From positions 29,946,001 through 30,010,000 of the forward strand of contig CM052820.1 of the NCBI GenBank assembly GCA_028534125.1: DNA of 64,000 nucleotides, given 5' to 3'. Source of the stretch: Lama glama. Taxonomy: Eukaryota. A model generated the notes under the pieces. The model did not search any database. It saw only the letters and a list, made by a program, of their open reading frames with translations, and was not told the DNA's origin. Both the position numbers and the translations under genes were made by a program. Shown here in pieces: positions 23,641-36,466 of the stretch. Numbering within the stretch: position 1 is the stretch's first letter; each line of letters begins with the position of its first letter.

Positions 23641-24114
23641 TTGCTGAGAGGGGCAATAAAAAGATACTAAATATTTTATCTATTTTGAAGACTCACAATT
23701 CAAACCAGGGCGATATACAAGCTGAGAATGTAAAGCTCGGGGATAACATTGGCCGGGCAAGATTAGGTTCAGCAAAAACGTGAAAAGATGATAGTTACTG
23801 AATTCCAGTGGTCATGGTTGTGTGTGCAGTAATCAGTGGATCACCAGATTGATCCTGGCCTCTCAGAGGCAGGGCACCAGCAGCTGGTGGCCAGAGTTAT
23901 TAAGTCTCCATGGTGGGCTTCATTTTCTCTACTAGAGACGATGGAAAGGAGGGCTTCTATCAGCCGCTACGTGCCACCCTCTAAGGGTCAGAAATCAAAG
24001 TCTGTGCTGAATGGATGAATGGGTTCCCTCCTTTGTTCACTCACGATAAAACTCAGGGCTGCCCAGAGTTGTGCTTCTCCGTTTTAAGTCTCTCTCTCTG
24101 CTCCTTCTCAACAG

Positions 24115-24460
24115 TTACTTTAGCCTGCTTGGGTGGCTTAACAGCAACTTATTTTCTCGTGGTTCTGGAGGCTGGAGGTCCTGGATGAAGGTGTCCACGG
24201 GGCCGACCTCCTCTGAGGCCTCTCTCTGACTTGTGGACGGCCTCCTCCTCCCTAGATTTTCACATGGTCTTCTCTTGGTGCTTGGCTGTGTCCTCATCTT
24301 CTCTTTTTATAAAGACACCACTCACAGACGATCAGGACCTACCCATGCGACCTCACTGCACTTTATTTACCCTTTTAAAGACCCTGTGTCCATAACACTC
24401 TGAGATCCTGGGGTTTAGGGCTTATATGAATTTGGGGAGGGCACAATTCAGCCTGTAACA
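24115..24460 (-). mobile_element. MaLR solo LTR, MLT1A/B class
   Basis: GGGTGGCTTAACAGCAAC...GGTTCTGGAGGCTGGAGGTCC...CTCTTTTTATAAAGACACC...GGGCACAATTCAGCCTGTAACA. Confidence 0.85.
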
Positions 24461-25689
24461 ATAATTATGATTTTTCGTGGGTCTCGGGACCAAATATGTG
24501 AGTCTCTGCATAAACGTTCTGGTGAACACATATCCTGCCGCTGACCCAGGAAGACTCAGGCTCTGCCCTGCTGTATCTGCTTATCCACAGGCACCACCCG
24601 CTCCTCCTACCCTCCTACCAAGGGAGACTGCACAATTTCAGTGTTTCAGGTAGTAAGAACAGAAGGGAAGGGGTTTTTCAAAAAGTATTATTTTTTTCAG
24701 TCAGTTGTTCCACTGGTGAAGGAGAGAGGGCAGCAAGAATAATTATGGTGGGATGGGGGACGGGGGCCTCTCAACTCCTTGCCCTTTACTGCTCCATTCC
24801 TGCCAGGGGACCCCCTCACTTTGGTAGCCTGTCCCTTTGAGTAAAGGCAGTTTCTGTCTGGCTACCTCTTTATCAGCACTACAAACAAGCAATCTATTTT
24901 GGTCACAGAATGAGGCTCCATTTGTTTTGAACATAAACTGGAATTCAGCATGTGACCAACCCAAGTTACAGGAAGACTCCAAGTGGCAGGTTTAAACCTG
25001 ACTCTGCCCATTTTGTGTTTTCTCCTCACCAGGATATCTCCAGCTGCCATCAGGTAGCTGTGTCACCGTTACCCCAGCCCCCAGCCAGAAGTCACTGAAG
25101 GAGACCCTCTCTACCTCCCAAGCATACATCCATCTGTACCATCTGAAACTTCTCCCTGCTAGGGGCGTCCCAACGACCTACCCAGCCTATTTCAGGACAG
25201 AGATGCTGAGACTTCTCAGGCAGTGAATTCTGGCCTCACAGCTACAGAATAGTTAAATGGGTAAGAGTCAACAGAGAACACCCCTGTGAAATGTTTTAAT
25301 GCTTCAAAAACTCCCATTTAAAATTGTTTGGGCCCTAAACCCGTGTTTTGTGTGTGTGCGTGTTTTGTTTTTTGAAATCCTCCTCTGAGCCTGCATGCTG
25401 GAGACATGACAAATTTGGTATTTCAATCCATATGTCCATTTGAATTCTAGGAACGCACCCTGGTTAGGTTTTAAGAGCATCTTCTGGTAAATTAAGTCAG
25501 ATATCGGTGCTGATATATACTCAAGCAGACAAGGAAAATTAATTGAAAAAAAGAGATAGGAAAATGTCTTGCACTTATCTTCCTCATATCTTATAGTTTG
25601 AACTTACATTTCTAGAGATCTAAAAATATTATCATAGGGAAGTCAACTGAGAAGGTTCCAAGCCGAAGAGTTTAACCTCAGTGAAGTAA

Positions 25690-26270
25690 TACTATTTGTT
25701 TATGCACTGTGTACAGGGCACAGAACTGTACACTGATTGATGGTTAGATACGTACGTCTTTCTCTTCCAGGATCGTGGAATCAGAGTAAGAACATTCAGA
25801 AATATAACACCACAATTAACACCAGAAAGCAGGAAAAGCTGAACAGTTCCAACTGAGTGTGACAGACACTCAGTGCTATTGGGTTTCAGAGGCGAGAATG
25901 ATAACCACAGTGAAGGGGTCTCAGAGGAGGTGATATCTGAACCCAGATTAGCAGCTTGGACCTGCCTTCTGCTTTTAGTGAGTATGGGCTTACTGAAGGC
26001 TTTTGAGCAAGAGAATGATATTATAACAAAATTGGTAATGGAGGTGAGTAGCCTGGCACAGGGCACAGGATGAGCTGGAACAGGTAAGAAATATGGCTAG
26101 GGGACCAGCTTGCAGAGTCTGGTGGGGGCCCAGGCAGGAGACTCATACCTGAGCTGAGAGTTGGCAGTGGTGAGAAGAGGAGGAGCCTGATGCTACAGAC
26201 ACCAGGAAGAAGCAGCTGAGCTTCAAGTCCTACTGATTGTGAGGGACGAGGGACAGGGTCTTGCTCACTG
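25690..26270 (-). mobile_element. L2 fragment
   Basis: TATTTGTTTATGCACTGTGTACAGGGCAC, TCAGAGGAGGTGATATCTGAACC, TACTGAAGGCTTTTGAGCAAGAGAATGATAT. Confidence 0.65.
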
Positions 26271-26949
26271 ACCAGCTCCCAGGGGAAGATGGCTGTCCAG
26301 AAGGAAGGTCTAGGTCCTGGCTGGGCAGCTCTCCCAGACTTCCCCTTCCCTTCCCCACCCTGTAGAAACAGCAGAACTGCCCAGCACACCAGGCTCTCCA
26401 GTGGGAGTCTCAGGTCATCCCAAGAATGTAGCCTTGCCCTCTGAACAGACAGGAAGAATGTTCAGGGCACAGGCATTAATTATGTAAGCCCATTGTCAAA
26501 CAAAAAGTCCCCGAGCTCCCTCTGGCTTCAACCCAAAGCCAGTAGTCCATCTTGACTGTACTGAGATGAACAAAGTCTGGCTACGACCTTGGATCATTCA
26601 GACTTCAGATTGCATACCTGTGTTCCCCTTTGGATTTTATAGTGATTTCTGGCTGGCCCTGTTAGGCATCCAGTGTCTTCCTTTCCCCTCTCCAGCAGCC
26701 CTTATTTCTGTGTGAGTCCCACACAGGATCCTGGGGGTCACAGGGTCTAGATTCAGTTCTCAGGGCCCTCCATTCACCTGTCCTTGTTGACCTACTTAAG
26801 CCCATGTTCAAGTGCCCTCTGAAGCCAGACACCTCTAAACTTTCCATTTATCGGAAATAACTTTTTTGTTTGAGCTCTGTGTTCTGCTCCTTGCACTTAA
26901 CGAGCCCCGGACATAGGTTTCTTGTTGAATGGTGTCATTGTGGAAAGGG

Positions 26950-27110
26950 CTCTGGGAAGGAGGACAGAGCACTGTCGCTCTCAAAGGAGCTAGCCATGGG
27001 ACCCTCGTCAACCCTCTTCGTCTATCTGGGCTTCAGTTTCTTCATCGGCCACGAGAAGGTTTGTACAAGCCAGGCTCTAATGTCTAATGATTCTTCCAAC
27101 TTTGACTTTC
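26950..27110 (+). mobile_element. MIR/MIR3 fragment
   Basis: CTATCTGGGCTTCAGTTTCTTCATCGG...TCTAATGATTCTTCCAACTTTGAC. Confidence 0.5.
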
Positions 27111-27299
27111 CGACTCTGCAGCCCCCGCTGCATTGCTGAAGCCCTAGGGAACTTGACTCTTCACCTCCTGATCTGTCCTCCCAGACGGTCTTGCCACTGC
27201 CGCGGTGACCTCACACTGTGGCCCTTCCAAGGGGGCTGAGGAACCAAATGTGGCTCCAGGGTTTTGAACGCATGCAGACATGAATTGACAGTTCCATGT

Positions 27300-28000
27300 A
27301 CAGAAGCAGAGTCTGTGTTTTTTTTCCCTTCGGGGTCAGGGAGGATACTGAGAAGAGTGAAGGAGCCATGGGTTGGGAGCAGAAAGCCAGGCCACTTTTA
27401 GGCATGTGGACCTGGGGGGAGTGGGAGACAGCCCAAAAGGGACGTTCGAATAACTGTGAGAGATCCCACACTAGAGGCGAGATTCCCAAACTTGAGCTTA
27501 GAGATAGCCAGGTGATTCTTAGGTGGGTGAGTGCTAACACAGGGCCAGAGCTGGAAAGAGAGACGCTACCTGGAGAGACTCTGGTGGAGGTGGTGACATA
27601 GAGGTGAGAGCTGAGGGTGGGGACCAAATAACTGGCTAGAGGAGTGAGGAGAAAAAAGATGAGTCTGCAGAACGTAACCCTGACAGGCAGCCATGTTTTA
27701 TGAGGAAAAGAAAGAGGAAAAGGAGAGGTCAGTAGAAGGTAAAGGAGGAGACAGAGAAGGGAACTGATTTCCCCTGAGTTGCTGCTACACGCTGGGCTCT
27801 TCACATGTATCAATGCAGGGAGAACCTTGAGAGTGACTGTCATGAAAGCCAAGGAGGAAAACGCAGTGTAGGACAGGCATCCTCGGAGGACCAGGAGCAG
27901 CAGGGAACCGGAGAAAGAAGGGTCGTGAAGCCAAATCCTGGTCAGGTCAGCAGTGCCCAAGAATGACAGATCCGACCACTTGCACTAGAGCTGGTAGCAG
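27300..28000 (-). mobile_element. L2 ORF2 (RT C-terminal) remnant
   Basis: Minus translation contains HLYVTT (degenerate HLYADD) and QVHMPKSGLAF (cf. KLNMSKTELLIF); + strand shows GTGACTGTCATGAAAGCCAAGGAGG. Confidence 0.65.
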
Positions 28001-28099
28001 ATGCGGTAGGTGACCGACATCGTAACCCCTCACCTACATTCAGACTCAAGCCAGCACGCCCCCCTCCAGCTTACTCCTCCAGGCAGCTCGCTCTGCTTC

Positions 28100-28412
28100 T
28101 CCCCAGAAGCCTTAGGGCCTTTTCTGAAACTGTCAGAGCTTCCCAGGGGAAACTCAGGCAGGGAGAGGAGTTAACGCTCCCTTCCCCCAGCCTGCCACGA
28201 CTGAGAGACAAGAGCCAGCGCACAAGTGCCGCAGCCCCTTGCTGTTCCACAGACAGCGGAGACCTTGGGTACACACCCAGATGCTGGCTTTTCTTTCCTC
28301 CCTGCCTCAGTCTCCCCACTCTCACTCCTGTTTTCTGGGATCGGATCCCAAATAATTATGTACACTCAGTCTTTGATGGAGACTCTGCTTTCAGGAGAGC
28401 CCAGACCAAGAC
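28100..28412 (+). mobile_element. ERVL LTR16/LTR33-class LTR fragment
   Basis: CTTTTCTTTCCTCCCTGCCTCAGTCTCCCCACTCTCACTCCTG...CCCAAATAATTATGTACACTC...CTCTGCTTTCAGGAGAGCCCAGACCAAGACA. Confidence 0.65.
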
Positions 28413-30604
28413 AGATGACTCAGCCTCGTGGTAGCAGACCCGGAAATGTGGGCAGAAACACGAGCTCTCATTTCCTCTAAAGCTCCGAAACACTAAAGAA
28501 AGAAAGCAGATTTCTGTTCATCTCTGTAACGCCCAAAGGCTGAGCCATGTCCTGTGGGGCAGGCAGAGATGTTACTTTGGCTATGATCCACAGGCCCCCA
28601 GTCATAAATCCCCTCTTGAGAGGGTGAACAGGCAGGGCTAGTTCTCAGGACTTTGGGTTGAGAACACAGCCAGGCATGATTTCTATCCCCATCATCTCAG
28701 AACGGCACTCGCCCCCCTCCCCGCTCTTCCAGAGTTACCTTCCCCAGGGCACAGGCCACAGCCCAGAAGCCTGGGGCAGCAGGAAGCCCAAGAAAGTGTT
28801 TTGTTCCACTGTCTGACACAATGTTTTAAAAAGCCAAGGTAACTTCGTAGATGTTTCACTGCAGTAGAAGTTGTTCAGCACGAAGTCTGCAGTAAGCACC
28901 TTCTATCCTTCGTGCTACTGGCTGGCCCCCACAGGCTCCAACGCTAGCACATTTGAGAGAAAGGGCTTTTGTCTCAGTCCACTCCTGCGTGGGGTCCTGC
29001 AGCTTGTCCTCTCTACTGCCAAGCACCTAATTCTCTATCTCTGCCCCACCTCGGACTTCTCTGATGCTCTTGCTGTTGGTCTCCCCCTTGGACCTGCCAC
29101 AGCCACCTGTCTTTAATACAGTGCTGCTTTCACCCTTCTGGGCGGGAGGTCCTGGCAAGGTTCAGCAGCACTCCTCGTTTTCCCATCCCAACTTGGACTC
29201 TGACCACTGCATCATTCCCTGCACATTAGAGCTGGAGCAGGTCACTGACCCCACTGGAGCATGGAGAAGATCGCAGGGAGTTTCAAAAGCCAGAACAGAA
29301 GAACACAAGTCAAAGCCTGATAGCTCTGTTCTCTGACTGCATCAGCACCTCCTGGTCCTCTCTCCTTCTCACGGCCCATCATGTTGTCCGCGGACCATCA
29401 TTCCTCCTCAGGGCCTTTTCTGCCCTACTATCTCTCTCTCCCCTCACGGTTCTGGTTTCCAGACACCAATGTTGGGCTGCTCCCGAGATGTCCTTCTCTT
29501 CCCTTTTGAAAACCAACCATCTTTTTGCAGAGGACCCTCTTATCCTGAGTTGAATTTTTTTTAAGTTTTTCATTTAAGAAATTGCCTTAAAACTTTAACA
29601 AATTAAACTGCCTTAATGAAGCAATTTTAACTCTTCATTGAGCCAGTGTACTCCTTTGAAAGGAGACCTAGATTTTGTATATCCAGGGGGTTATCTGAAG
29701 ATTTTTCTTAAAGAAAATAGAGTGGGGTGGTATTATTGCAGCATGAATCAACACTCAGACTTTTGCTCAAACCTGGATGTGATGCACTGCTACTATGCCA
29801 TTTAACCCTTATAATGCCGAACACATCCTGTATCATCTATAAAGTTTGTCAAGGCTTAAAATTAAAAGAGAACAAAATTGAAAGAGAATAAAACCTGTGG
29901 CCCATCAAGAGCACTTGGCATTCTCCACCCAGTGCTCACTCAAAGCTAGGGATCTGATAGCTGCCTTAGAGGCAGAATGGTCTGAAGGCCAGACATCTGC
30001 ACACAGATCTCCCTTCTGTTTTCTCCTTCCACCCAGTGCAATGATTTTAAATTTCAGTGTGGACAGAAATTAGAATACAAGGGTGTATGTTTCATGGGTG
30101 CTATAAGGGCTTTTCAAGGGCAATCCTAAGTTTATATGATGTTCACGTTAGGTGTTGATTATAGAAACTAAAAATATCCCTCCTAAGATGTGACTCTTCT
30201 GTTTGGAAAGATTTCTTCAACTTGAATTCTGTCTTCAGACTAGAATTTCTAAATGGCTGCAAAATTTTAAACGGAGATTTTTTTTTTCTTTTTGGTCTCA
30301 CTACCCTTGGTGAGACCAAACTCAGCCCCTCGGGCTTGGAGTGTCCTGTTGAAAGCCACCCCTGGCCCCCACGTCACCACTTAGCAGCTTCTCCCTCTGC
30401 TGTAGTTAGAGAGAGACGGGGAGAAGGAGGCTGGCTTTCTTACTAAACAGCCGGATGACTTGGGGCTGCAAAACCCGATGCTATCCATTTCATCTTGGCA
30501 TTTGAAGGCAGAGAGCTCCATGAGCCCATCATATGTGTCCTGAATTTCCCAGCTTTGTTTCGAGACTTATTTCATCTGTCGTGGCTTATACCTCTGCTCA
30601 GGTT

Positions 30605-30752
30605 NNNNNNNNNNNNNNNNNNNNNNNNNNNNNNNNNNNNNNNNNNNNNNNNNNNNNNNNNNNNNNNNNNNNNNNNNNNNNNNNNNNNNNNNNNNNNNNN
30701 NNNNNNNNNNNNNNNNNNNNNNNNNNNNNNNNNNNNNNNNNNNNNNNNNNNN
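30605..30752. other. Assembly gap (N run)
   Basis: Directly visible. Confidence 1.
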
Positions 30753-31199
30753 GACTTGTCAAGATGGGCAGCTTCCTCTGGAAGAAGTTTATCTCAATGA
30801 AGAGAAACATGTGATGGGTGAAAAACGTCAAAATACCTTCAGCCTGGGAACAGCACAGGGAGCTGAAACGAGCTGTCTGTGAATAAATTAAGTCTCAATC
30901 CCCTGCGCACAGGAGGAGTGGGGGGACAATGGTGCATACCCCAGGTATTTGGGCGTGCTTGGCAAGAGTCTGCTACAAATGAGAAAGCTATCATTTCTTA
31001 ACATCGGTTATTCTTTTTAACTTAATAATCAATAATTATTGATAAGAATAGTAAAAAGCATTTTATGTCTGAGAAGGCGGAAGAGAAATTCCACACCTTT
31101 CTGTTGCCAAACTGACTAAGCCCCTGTACCCTCAATGTCATACACTGACCTCCCCTCTTTCTGCAGTGAGCAAAAGGTCCTGGTGGCAGTCTACGCCCA

Positions 31200-31770
31200 A
31201 TCCCCCTGTCCACTGGAGACTCTTGCCTTTCCATCTTGTCAAGCACTCCCTCCTAGCGTTGTCCTCTGCCTTCTGCGTTACCAGTTCCCCCTCTGCTTGC
31301 TCATTCCTTTCAAGCTTAAACATGCTGTCATAACTCCCATTAGAAAACCGAGAAGTCTTTTAATTCCATATCCCCTTTTAATTGCCACTCAACTCTTTCT
31401 GCTCACTTTTCAGTGAAGTTCCTTCTTCAACTTCCTCCTCCTTTCCCCATTCTCTTAACCCCCAGGGAACAAAAAGTTGTTATCAAGGTCACCAATGATC
31501 TCCACATCACCAGATTCAAGGAGTCAGTTTTACAACATTTGCCCTAATTGATTGCTTCATGTGAAAATGACATCATACAACACAATACTTTATTGCGTAT
31601 CCATTCATTATCTGCCCCCACCCCACTATAATATAAGTGATTCTCAGGGGCAATAGCAACTTTGTTTATCATGTATCCCCAGCTCCCAGGACATGGTGCT
31701 TGGCACATGTTAGGTCCTCAACCAATACTTGTTGTGAATAAATGGTTGAATGAACAAATCAATCAATTGA
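31200..31770 (+). mobile_element. L2 fragments including the 3' tail
   Basis: TTATCAAGGTCACCAATGATCTCCACATCACCA; TGTATCCCCAGCTCCCAGGACATGGTGCTTGGCACATG...GTTGAATGAAC. Confidence 0.75.
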
Positions 31771-31914
31771 TTTGACTCTGCTGGTTACCTAGTAATTGGT
31801 AAGGATCAAAATTTCTTTGAGACATAACTGTAATTTCTTTAGCCTAATATTTTGCAATGGTCTGGGAAAGAGATGCTGTTCATTCTCAGAAGTGGAGTGG
31901 TGAAGCAAGAAAAA

Positions 31915-32130
31915 TGAAGCTAATATGTACTGAGTGTCTATTATATTGCAACTACTGGACCAGCCACTTTCATATACCTTTTTTTATTTACTCCTCACGA
32001 CAACCGAATAAGATAGGTGCTCTTGTTGTCCTCATTTTGCAAGTGAAGAAACTGAGGCAAAAAGAGAGGTGAAATAGCATGTCCAAGTTTACCCAAACAT
32101 GAGCTCAGCACCTGACGAACCCATGCAGTT
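31915..32130 (-). mobile_element. MIR SINE
   Basis: TCCTCACGACAACC...CTCATTTTGCAAGTGAAGAAACTGAGGCA. Confidence 0.8.
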
Positions 32131-32417
32131 TTCTAGTTCCACTGGTGCTAGATACTGAGTGCTGTGAATTCATAGAAAATCAAAATAACTGAACTGACAA
32201 AGCTCTAAGTCAAAGTTTCTAAGTAAAATATATATTCATTTGAGAATATCTGTGTTGTTGTTTTTATTATCAAGGAACATCAAAGTGTCACAAAAGTAAA
32301 TAAAACAATAAGAGTTCAAAGTGATTTTGTTGCTTGTTTTCTTTCCCAAGCACACTCACCAGAGGCTTATAACCATTATCCATAGGCTACATGTGGTGGT
32401 TGAGTAGCCATCTGGCT

Positions 32418-32605
32418 GGGACTGCCAGATAAAAACAGGATGTCCAGTTAAATTTGAATTTAAGATGAAACACAAATAATGTTTTGGCATAAGTACGTCC
32501 TAAATACTGCATGGGACAGACTTATTCCTAAAAAATACGTATTGTCGATCTGAAATTCAAAATTAGCTGTGCTTCTGTGTTTTTATTTGCTAAATCTGGC
32601 AACCC
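32418..32605. mobile_element. MER53 palindromic hAT MITE, near full length
   Basis: GGGACTGCCAGATAAAAACAGGATGTCCAGTTAAATTTGAATTT...AAATTCAAAATTAGCTG...TAAATCTGGCAACCC; self-complementary along its length. Confidence 0.9.
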
Positions 32606-33409
32606 AGAAGGCCAAATGCACCCTTCTGTCCCTTTATCTGCCAGACAGTTTTACCAAGGCAATAGGGACAGAAAAAGAAAGGAGTGAGGGTCACTTTGAA
32701 GCAATAAAGGCCAATGACTGCTGCCTTGGGCTAGGGCTGCTGGGAGACATATTTTGTAATAGGTTACGTTACCTCCAGAGTCCTTTGAGCCTCACCCTCT
32801 GCCTCTTGGGCCTTCTTTCTGCTGCTCAGAAACTGAGCAACTGTGGACAAACCCCTTATGTTCTCTAGACTCGGTTTACCCATCTACAAAACAGCAGTAG
32901 TCTTAGGTGTTAGAAAGGAAACAGGGAGTGTGATGTGACTGACTTCTGTAGATATGGTAGCTGGTCAAGACCTCAGTGACGCTTTTTAACAGAAATTTGA
33001 AGGATTAGAAGAAAGCCACGCCGGGAAGGATGTGTGTGCGCGTGTATGTGTGTTTTTATCTGCGCAGCCACAGATAAGATAGGGGAGGCGAGGTCCAGAC
33101 AGAACAGCGAGTACAAAATATTTACTGAGGACAGTGGATTCCATACTGACCTGTTTTTTTTTTTTTCAAACAAAAATAAAAGAAACCAGACTCAGAGTAA
33201 AGTAAAAACTTGACAACTGGGGCAAAGCAAGACTAATCTATAAATCGCATTCCCTGAAGTTGATTTAAGTGGTGAACTGAAACGCATCTTAAGTGAGGAA
33301 GAAGATATAAAAACTGGGCATAAATACAGCTTGAAGTTATGATCAAATTAAAGTTACAACAAATTTAACCCCACTGATTCCTCACACTGTGGATTCTGAA
33401 GGAGGGCAG

Positions 33410-33786
33410 TGCCATGGACCAAACTGTTTCCCCCCTCAAATTCCTATGTTGTAGCCCTAACTCCCAATGTAACTATGTATTTAGAGACAGGACCTTGACG
33501 GTAGTAATTAAGGTTAAAAGAGGTTATAAGGGTGGAGTCCTAATCCAATAGGACTGGTGACCTTATAAGAAGAGGCAGAGAGAAAGGTCTCTCTCCCCAC
33601 CTGCATGCACTGAGGAAAGGCCACGTGACGGCACAGCAAGAAAACAGGCACCTGCAAGCCGGAGAGAGAGGCTTACCAGAACCCAGCCCAGACTTCTAGC
33701 CTCTAGAACCGTGAGAAAATGCATTTCTGTGTTCAAGCCACCCAGCCTATGATATGTTATTATGTCAATCTCAGCACACTAAGACA
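33410..33786 (+). mobile_element. MaLR solo LTR, MLT1A class
   Basis: TG...CCCTCAAATTCCTATGTTG...CCTAATCCAATAGGACTGGTGACCTTATAAGAAGAGG...CTAAGACA; 5-bp flanks GGCAG/GCCAG. Confidence 0.9.
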
Positions 33787-34399
33787 GCCAGTGAGGAATT
33801 AAAATCTGTAAGTGTTACCCATTTTAAGAGCCTTATTGTGTGAAAATGCTACAGTTATTTAGTATCCAGTAGAATGTGGAGCAAGAAAGAGAAATGAAGT
33901 CAGTGAGATGGACAAAAGCAACCTAGCAATTAATGGAATAAATAACCAGGAGCGAAGCCTCTTTTCCAGTGTTGGGGTCAGCCTTGGATTTATCAAGTTC
34001 CCAAACAAAAGGAAGTGATCATGGGAGATAAGCCATCTCACGTGGAGGGCACACACTGAATGAGCAAAGGCGAATGATGCACTGGGAGAATACCCAGCGC
34101 CGGTTAGAAACATTTGAATTCTAACTTTGAAAAATTCTGAGACCTTTAATAATATATTAATTCATCCATTCTCATTATTCTTTTTCTTAGGTTGTAAGGA
34201 AAAAGAACAAGGCACAACCTCTTGTCCAAGGTTCATTCATTCAAGACATCATGTGAGGGAATGGGAGTATCTGAGATTTGATAATGTGGGGGTTCCTGTT
34301 CACAAAGACGTCCAGTTCTGTAGAAAAGATGCTCAGAAAATCTGAGCAATGTAAAGCTGGGTTTGAAAAGACATTGGATAAATATCTGTCATAAGACTG

Positions 34400-34432
34400 G
34401 GTGGATGGATGGATGGATGGATGGGTGAATGG
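34400..34432. repeat. (GGAT)n tetranucleotide repeat
   Basis: GGTGGATGGATGGATGGATGGATGGGTGAATGG. Confidence 0.85.
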
Positions 34433-34719
34433 ACAAGACAGTAATTGTTACAGAGGTTTACAGAAGGGCTAGAGTCCTGATGCCAGCCTCTGGCTGTGTT
34501 CAGTCTATTTGAGCACAGGCATTGATCATTCTCTGACAAACTGATAACACCCTGTATATGACTCCTCCACTATGAGCATCTAGGAAACTTGGACAGCACC
34601 TTATTTGCTCTTATTTTCCCAAAAGCTTAGCCTTGGCACCAGGAACTGAGACTCTGACAATCCCATTGACTCTTGAGCCGTCTGGTTCCTGTCATTATTG
34701 GGAGCCTGTTTACTGAACT

Positions 34720-35224
34720 CATTTATTTATTCATTCAACAAATAGTCATTAAGTGTTTGCTATGTCTATACATTGTTCTAAGTTCTGTGGATACATTAGA
34801 AAGCAAATGAGCTTATGTGTTGTCAAGAAAAAAGACAGAAAATAAACCAAAAAATAAAATTGTATAGTGTATCAGACATATAAGTGCTATGGAGAAAAGT
34901 AAAGCAGGAGAAGGACAGAGGAAGCCAGAGTCGGGGGTAAGATGTTTAAGGATGTGCTCAGGGAAGACTCACCAGGAAGGAGACTTGTGAGCAAAGACCC
35001 AGAGGAGTTGTAGGAGTGGCCATGCAGCTCTTGGGGGAAAGGTGCTCCAGCCAGAGGGAAAAGCAGAGCTTTGAGGATGGAGTGTGCCTGGAATGAAAAG
35101 GAAAACAGCAGATGGACCATTGCATCAGGACAAAGGGAAGGGGGAGACAGAGGATAGAATGTCAGAACAAGGGAAGGCAGAGACCCATGGAGGGCCCCAT
35201 TGACGTTGGTGAGGATTTCGGCTT
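34720..35224 (-). mobile_element. L2 LINE, 3' part, continued at 36463-36745 beyond an L1 insertion
   Basis: CATTTATTTATTCATTCAACAAATAG tail; AAGTGCTATGGAGAAAAGTAAAGCAGG; CCAGCCAGAGGGAAAAGCAG. Confidence 0.85.
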
Positions 35225-36466
35225 AAAAAAAAATTTTTTTTTATTATTGAGGCATAAAGACATATAACATTGTATTAGTTTCAGGTGTACAACATAATGA
35301 TTCAATATTAGTATACACTGTGAAATGATCACCACATTAAGTCTAGTTTCCAGCCACCACGACACTAAATTTTTTTCTTGTGATGGGAACTTTTAAGATC
35401 TACTCCCTTAGCAACTTTTGAATATGCAATAGGATATTAACTACAGTCACCATGCTATCCATTACATTCCCATGACTTGCTTATTTTACAACTGGAAGTT
35501 TGCACCTCTTGATGCTCTTCACCAATTTCACCCACTCTTCCAATAACCTTTCCCTTTGGCAACCACCAATCTGTTCTCTGTATCTATGAGTTTTGTTTTC
35601 TTTCATTTGTTCAATTGTTTTCTTTTTTAGATTCCACACATAAGTGAAATCATACAGTATTTGTCTTTGTCTGACTTACTACATTTAGTATATTACTCTC
35701 AAGTTCTGTCCATGTTGTAGCAAATGGTAAGATCTCATTCTTTTTTTATGGCTGTGTAAAATGCCATTGCACACATAAACATATACCACAGCATCTTTAT
35801 CCATTCATCTATCAGTGGACACTGAATTGCTTCCATTCCTTGGCCACTGTAAATAATGCCGCAATGAACATAGGGGTGCATATATCTATTCAAATTAGTA
35901 TTTCTATTTTCTTTGGGTAAATATCCAGAAGTGGAACTGCTGGATCATATGGTTGTCATATTTTTAATTTTTTTAGAAGCCTCCATATTGTTTTCCACAG
36001 TGGCTGCACCAACTTACATTTCCATCAAGAGTGCACAAGCGTGGCCTTTCCTCCCTATCTTTGTCAATATTTGTTATTTCGTGTCTTTCTGATAATGTAT
36101 AGGTGCGAGGTGATATCTCTTTGTGGTTTTGATTCGCATTTCCCTGATGATTAGTGATGTTGGGCATCCTTTCATGTGTCTGTTGGCCAACTATATGTCT
36201 TCTTTGGAAAACGTCTATTCAGATTCTCTACTCATTTTTAAAATCAAATTGTCTGGGGTTTGGAGGGTATTAAGTTGTATGAGTCCCTTATATAGTTTGG
36301 ATTCAATTATATACAAACTGTATATTGGTACAACTCAATACCCTCCAAATCCCAAACAATTTGATTTAAAAAACATATGATTTTCAATATTTTTCTCCCA
36401 TTCAGGAGGTTGCTTTTTGTGTTATCAATGGTTTCCTTTGCTATGTAGGAGCTTTTTAGTTTGGTG
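35225..36466 (-). mobile_element. 5'-truncated L1 (L1MA8-10-like laurasiatherian family) inserted into L2
   Basis: Poly-T, then 3'UTR TTTCAGGTGTACAACATAATGATTC and ORF2 C-terminal antisense; approximate TSD GGTGAGGATTTCGGCTT / GGTGGGAAGATTTTGGCTT. Confidence 0.9.
36235..36373. repeat. Fold-back inverted duplication within L1
   Basis: Arm 36235-36279 vs arm 36329-36373 are reverse complements at 41/45; inner 36289-36299 vs 36314-36324 at 10/11. Confidence 0.9.

Noticed and set aside
25771-25785. 15-nt micro-exon candidate
   Set aside because: Lies in an antisense L2, where such splice-like signals are common; no independent support.
27211-27960. Longest ORF in called sequence (249 aa, minus strand)
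   Set aside because: Starts at TTG and lies in an L2 relic. The RT motif is degenerate (HLYVTT in place of HLYADD) and the composition is Leu/Ser-biased, so it is a chance-open repeat remnant.
30495-30831. ORFs spanning the first gap, and likewise 59992-60414
   Set aside because: Their length comes from Ns.
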